Below, one piece after another: positions 62,750-64,000 of a stretch of DNA of 64,000 nucleotides. The notes beneath the pieces were generated by a model. The model was not told where the DNA came from, did no database searches, and saw nothing but the letters and a program-made list of their open reading frames with translations. The position numbers and the translations under genes were made by a program. This stretch comes from Planctomycetota bacterium (GTDB lineage: Bacteria > Planctomycetota > UBA1135). How positions within the stretch are numbered: position 1 is the first letter of the stretch; the number at the start of each line of letters is the position of its first letter. The stretch is taken from positions 1,893-65,892 of the forward strand of contig JAPKBM010000001.1 in NCBI GenBank assembly GCA_026421205.1, given 5' to 3'.

Positions 62750-63940
62750 TTAAGCACGCACCCAATTCCTTAGCAATTCCACCTGTCGATGGAAATCATG
62801 ATCACTGACACCAAGCGGATTTTTGAAAAACGAAGCTGCCGCACGAAGCGGTCCGCCTTCCCCTCGCTCTTGAGCCAACAAAGCCAAGCGCGCCAAATCC
62901 AAAACCAAAGGGGCGGCAAGTGCGGAATCACTTCCATGCCAAGTAAACTGTAAGCTCATCTTTGCGCCAAGAAATCCTTCAAAATGAATGTAGTCCATGG
63001 CAGTTTTCCAGTCATGCAAACTGGGGACAAAGTCAATCGTAACTCCATTGTGCATGCGATCGTTATCGAGGATGGACGGAACCACCGCGTCTTTATTGGC
63101 GATCTTTCCTTCTTTTCGAAGAGGGTCGGCCAAAGCGGCTCCATCTTTGTTGCCCAGCATGTTGTAGCCCTCCCAGGCTAATACATTCAGTGCACGGTCA
63201 CGGAACATCGGCGCAAGGACCGTCTTCAGCAGGGTTTCTCCTGTTTTGCCATCATTGCCCAAAACGGGAACGCCCAAACGCTTTGCCATTCCGGAAACGG
63301 CTGGAACAGAGGCGCCAGGAGCTGGCGTAAAGTTGATGAATGGAACTCCCTCTAATAAAGCGGCGAGCGCATAAAGAATGGACCTAGAAAGGTTAGCCGG
63401 CGCCGAAGGCAATAAAGCGATGGGGTCGGCGGACTCATCTTCCCAAGCGGAAGGAATTTTTGTAGTACGCTCTGCGGTGGCTAAATAAACCACGACGGCT
63501 TTGGGGCAGCGCTCCGTCGACTTCCAATCTCGAATATCCTGCCGCAAAACCTCAACGACCTCCGGCAAGGGAAGAGCCATACGGCCTTGAACCACAGAAT
63601 TCACAAGCTTTTCATCCTCTGGCTCTGCAACTCCAGGGGCAATCGAAAGTTCAAGACGATCTCTCAAGGGCCCGCAAAGTTCTACCAAGTCATGGGGAAT
63701 GACGCCCGTACGCGCAAGGTCTTCCGCCGAACGATGGGCATTTCCGGCAATATCCCAACCCGTCACATGAAAGGTGTTTAATGGCGCCCAATCTACTTTG
63801 GATAATTGCGCGGACTCTGTAATCAGACCAATCGGAGGAAGCCCAGAGCGAATGGATTCCAATCCATGCAACACGGTTGTGGAAATTGCGCCTCTTGCCC
63901 CTACAAGGAAAAGGCCGGTTCTTCGTGGATCAGGGCTCAT
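62750..63940 (-). CDS. ino1: Inositol-3-phosphate synthase (myo-inositol-1-phosphate synthase, archaeal/bacterial type)
   Basis: LFLVGARGAISTTVLHGL, ILYALAALLEGVPFINFTPAPGA, LGNDGKTGETLLKTVLAPMF, FVPSLHDWKTAMDYIHFEGFLGAKMSLQFTW. Colinear with the Archaeoglobus-type MIPS as I recall it. Confidence 0.85.
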   Translation of the reverse strand: MSPDPRRTGLFLVGARGAISTTVLHGLESIRSGLPPIGLITESAQLSKVDWAPLNTFHVTGWDIAGNAHRSAEDLARTGVIPHDLVELCGPLRDRLELSIAPGVAEPEDEKLVNSVVQGRMALPLPEVVEVLRQDIRDWKSTERCPKAVVVYLATAERTTKIPSAWEDESADPIALLPSAPANLSRSILYALAALLEGVPFINFTPAPGASVPAVSGMAKRLGVPVLGNDGKTGETLLKTVLAPMFRDRALNVLAWEGYNMLGNKDGAALADPLRKEGKIANKDAVVPSILDNDRMHNGVTIDFVPSLHDWKTAMDYIHFEGFLGAKMSLQFTWHGSDSALAAPLVLDLARLALLAQERGEGGPLRAAASFFKNPLGVSDHDFHRQVELLRNWVRA

Positions 63941-64000
63941 CAGAATTGGTACTGATTATAAACGTTCACAAGCTTCTTTCTGCTCAAAATAATCTTGACG

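Noticed and set aside
1-64000. CRISPR arrays, tRNA/rRNA genes, IS elements, prophage or defence-system genes
   Set aside because: I found no spaced direct repeats, no tRNA-like T-arm/acceptor patterns, and no nuclease, integrase, transposase or phage-structural motifs in any translated ORF. This was a visual scan only, so short or degenerate elements could have been missed.

Overview
A densely coding 64-kb chromosomal segment. My gene models leave about 1.6 kb uncovered. I found no rRNA, tRNA, CRISPR array, transposase or integrase. All family calls rest on motif recognition in the translated ORFs, since no database search was possible.

Gene blocks, left to right:
- (1) 1-1422: an edge-truncated secreted beta-propeller gene, missed by the ORF track, translationally coupled to a cytochrome c lipoprotein. 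Upstream of it sits an in-frame remnant of an MBOAT gene.
- (2) 1780-9278: a squalene/phytoene-synthase-family gene and a beta-oxidation cluster (fadE, TetR regulator, fadI-like thiolase, fadJ-like multifunctional enzyme). A palindromic operator candidate lies in the divergent promoter region.
- (3) 9275-38871: accessory-looking cell-surface genes.
  - A Wzx/Wzy-type polysaccharide locus with Wza, a PCP, a stand-alone BY-kinase-like ATPase with a degenerate Walker A, a flippase, a polymerase/ligase-like protein, a NodB deacetylase, GT4/GT2 glycosyltransferases, a sulfotransferase and a GNAT.
  - Five paralogous alkaline-phosphatase-superfamily 'sulfatase-like' proteins. All have Thr at the nucleophile position and a shared ELGY[IV] tail. 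Four are membrane-anchored and one is TPR-fused.
  - A radical SAM gene with Cx4Cx2C spacing and a 10-repeat FG-GAP protein.
- (4) 38959-43446: plsC, an SDR, fadD, a GGQ-domain release-factor-like protein and crcB.
- (5) 43513-48492: a copper/heme-A assembly operon (SCO1, DUF420, diheme cytochrome c, ctaA, ctaB) plus an MFS transporter.
- (6) 48541-60348: a tightly coupled MoxR / ABC transporter / DUF58 / BatA-N / double-VWA operon. It is preceded by a coiled-coil membrane protein gene interrupted by a single in-frame TGA.
- (7) 60351-63940: an M1-type metallopeptidase, queA and inositol-3-phosphate synthase.

The gene content is reminiscent of PVC-group or marine heterotrophs: Bat/MoxR/VWA genes, many Thr-type sulfatase-like proteins, and a dehydrogenase-type propeller paired with cytochrome c. 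Taxonomy cannot be established from this window.

The best candidates for something not yet described are the decorated polysaccharide locus with its expanded membrane AP-superfamily family, and the MoxR/VWA operon with an embedded ABC exporter.
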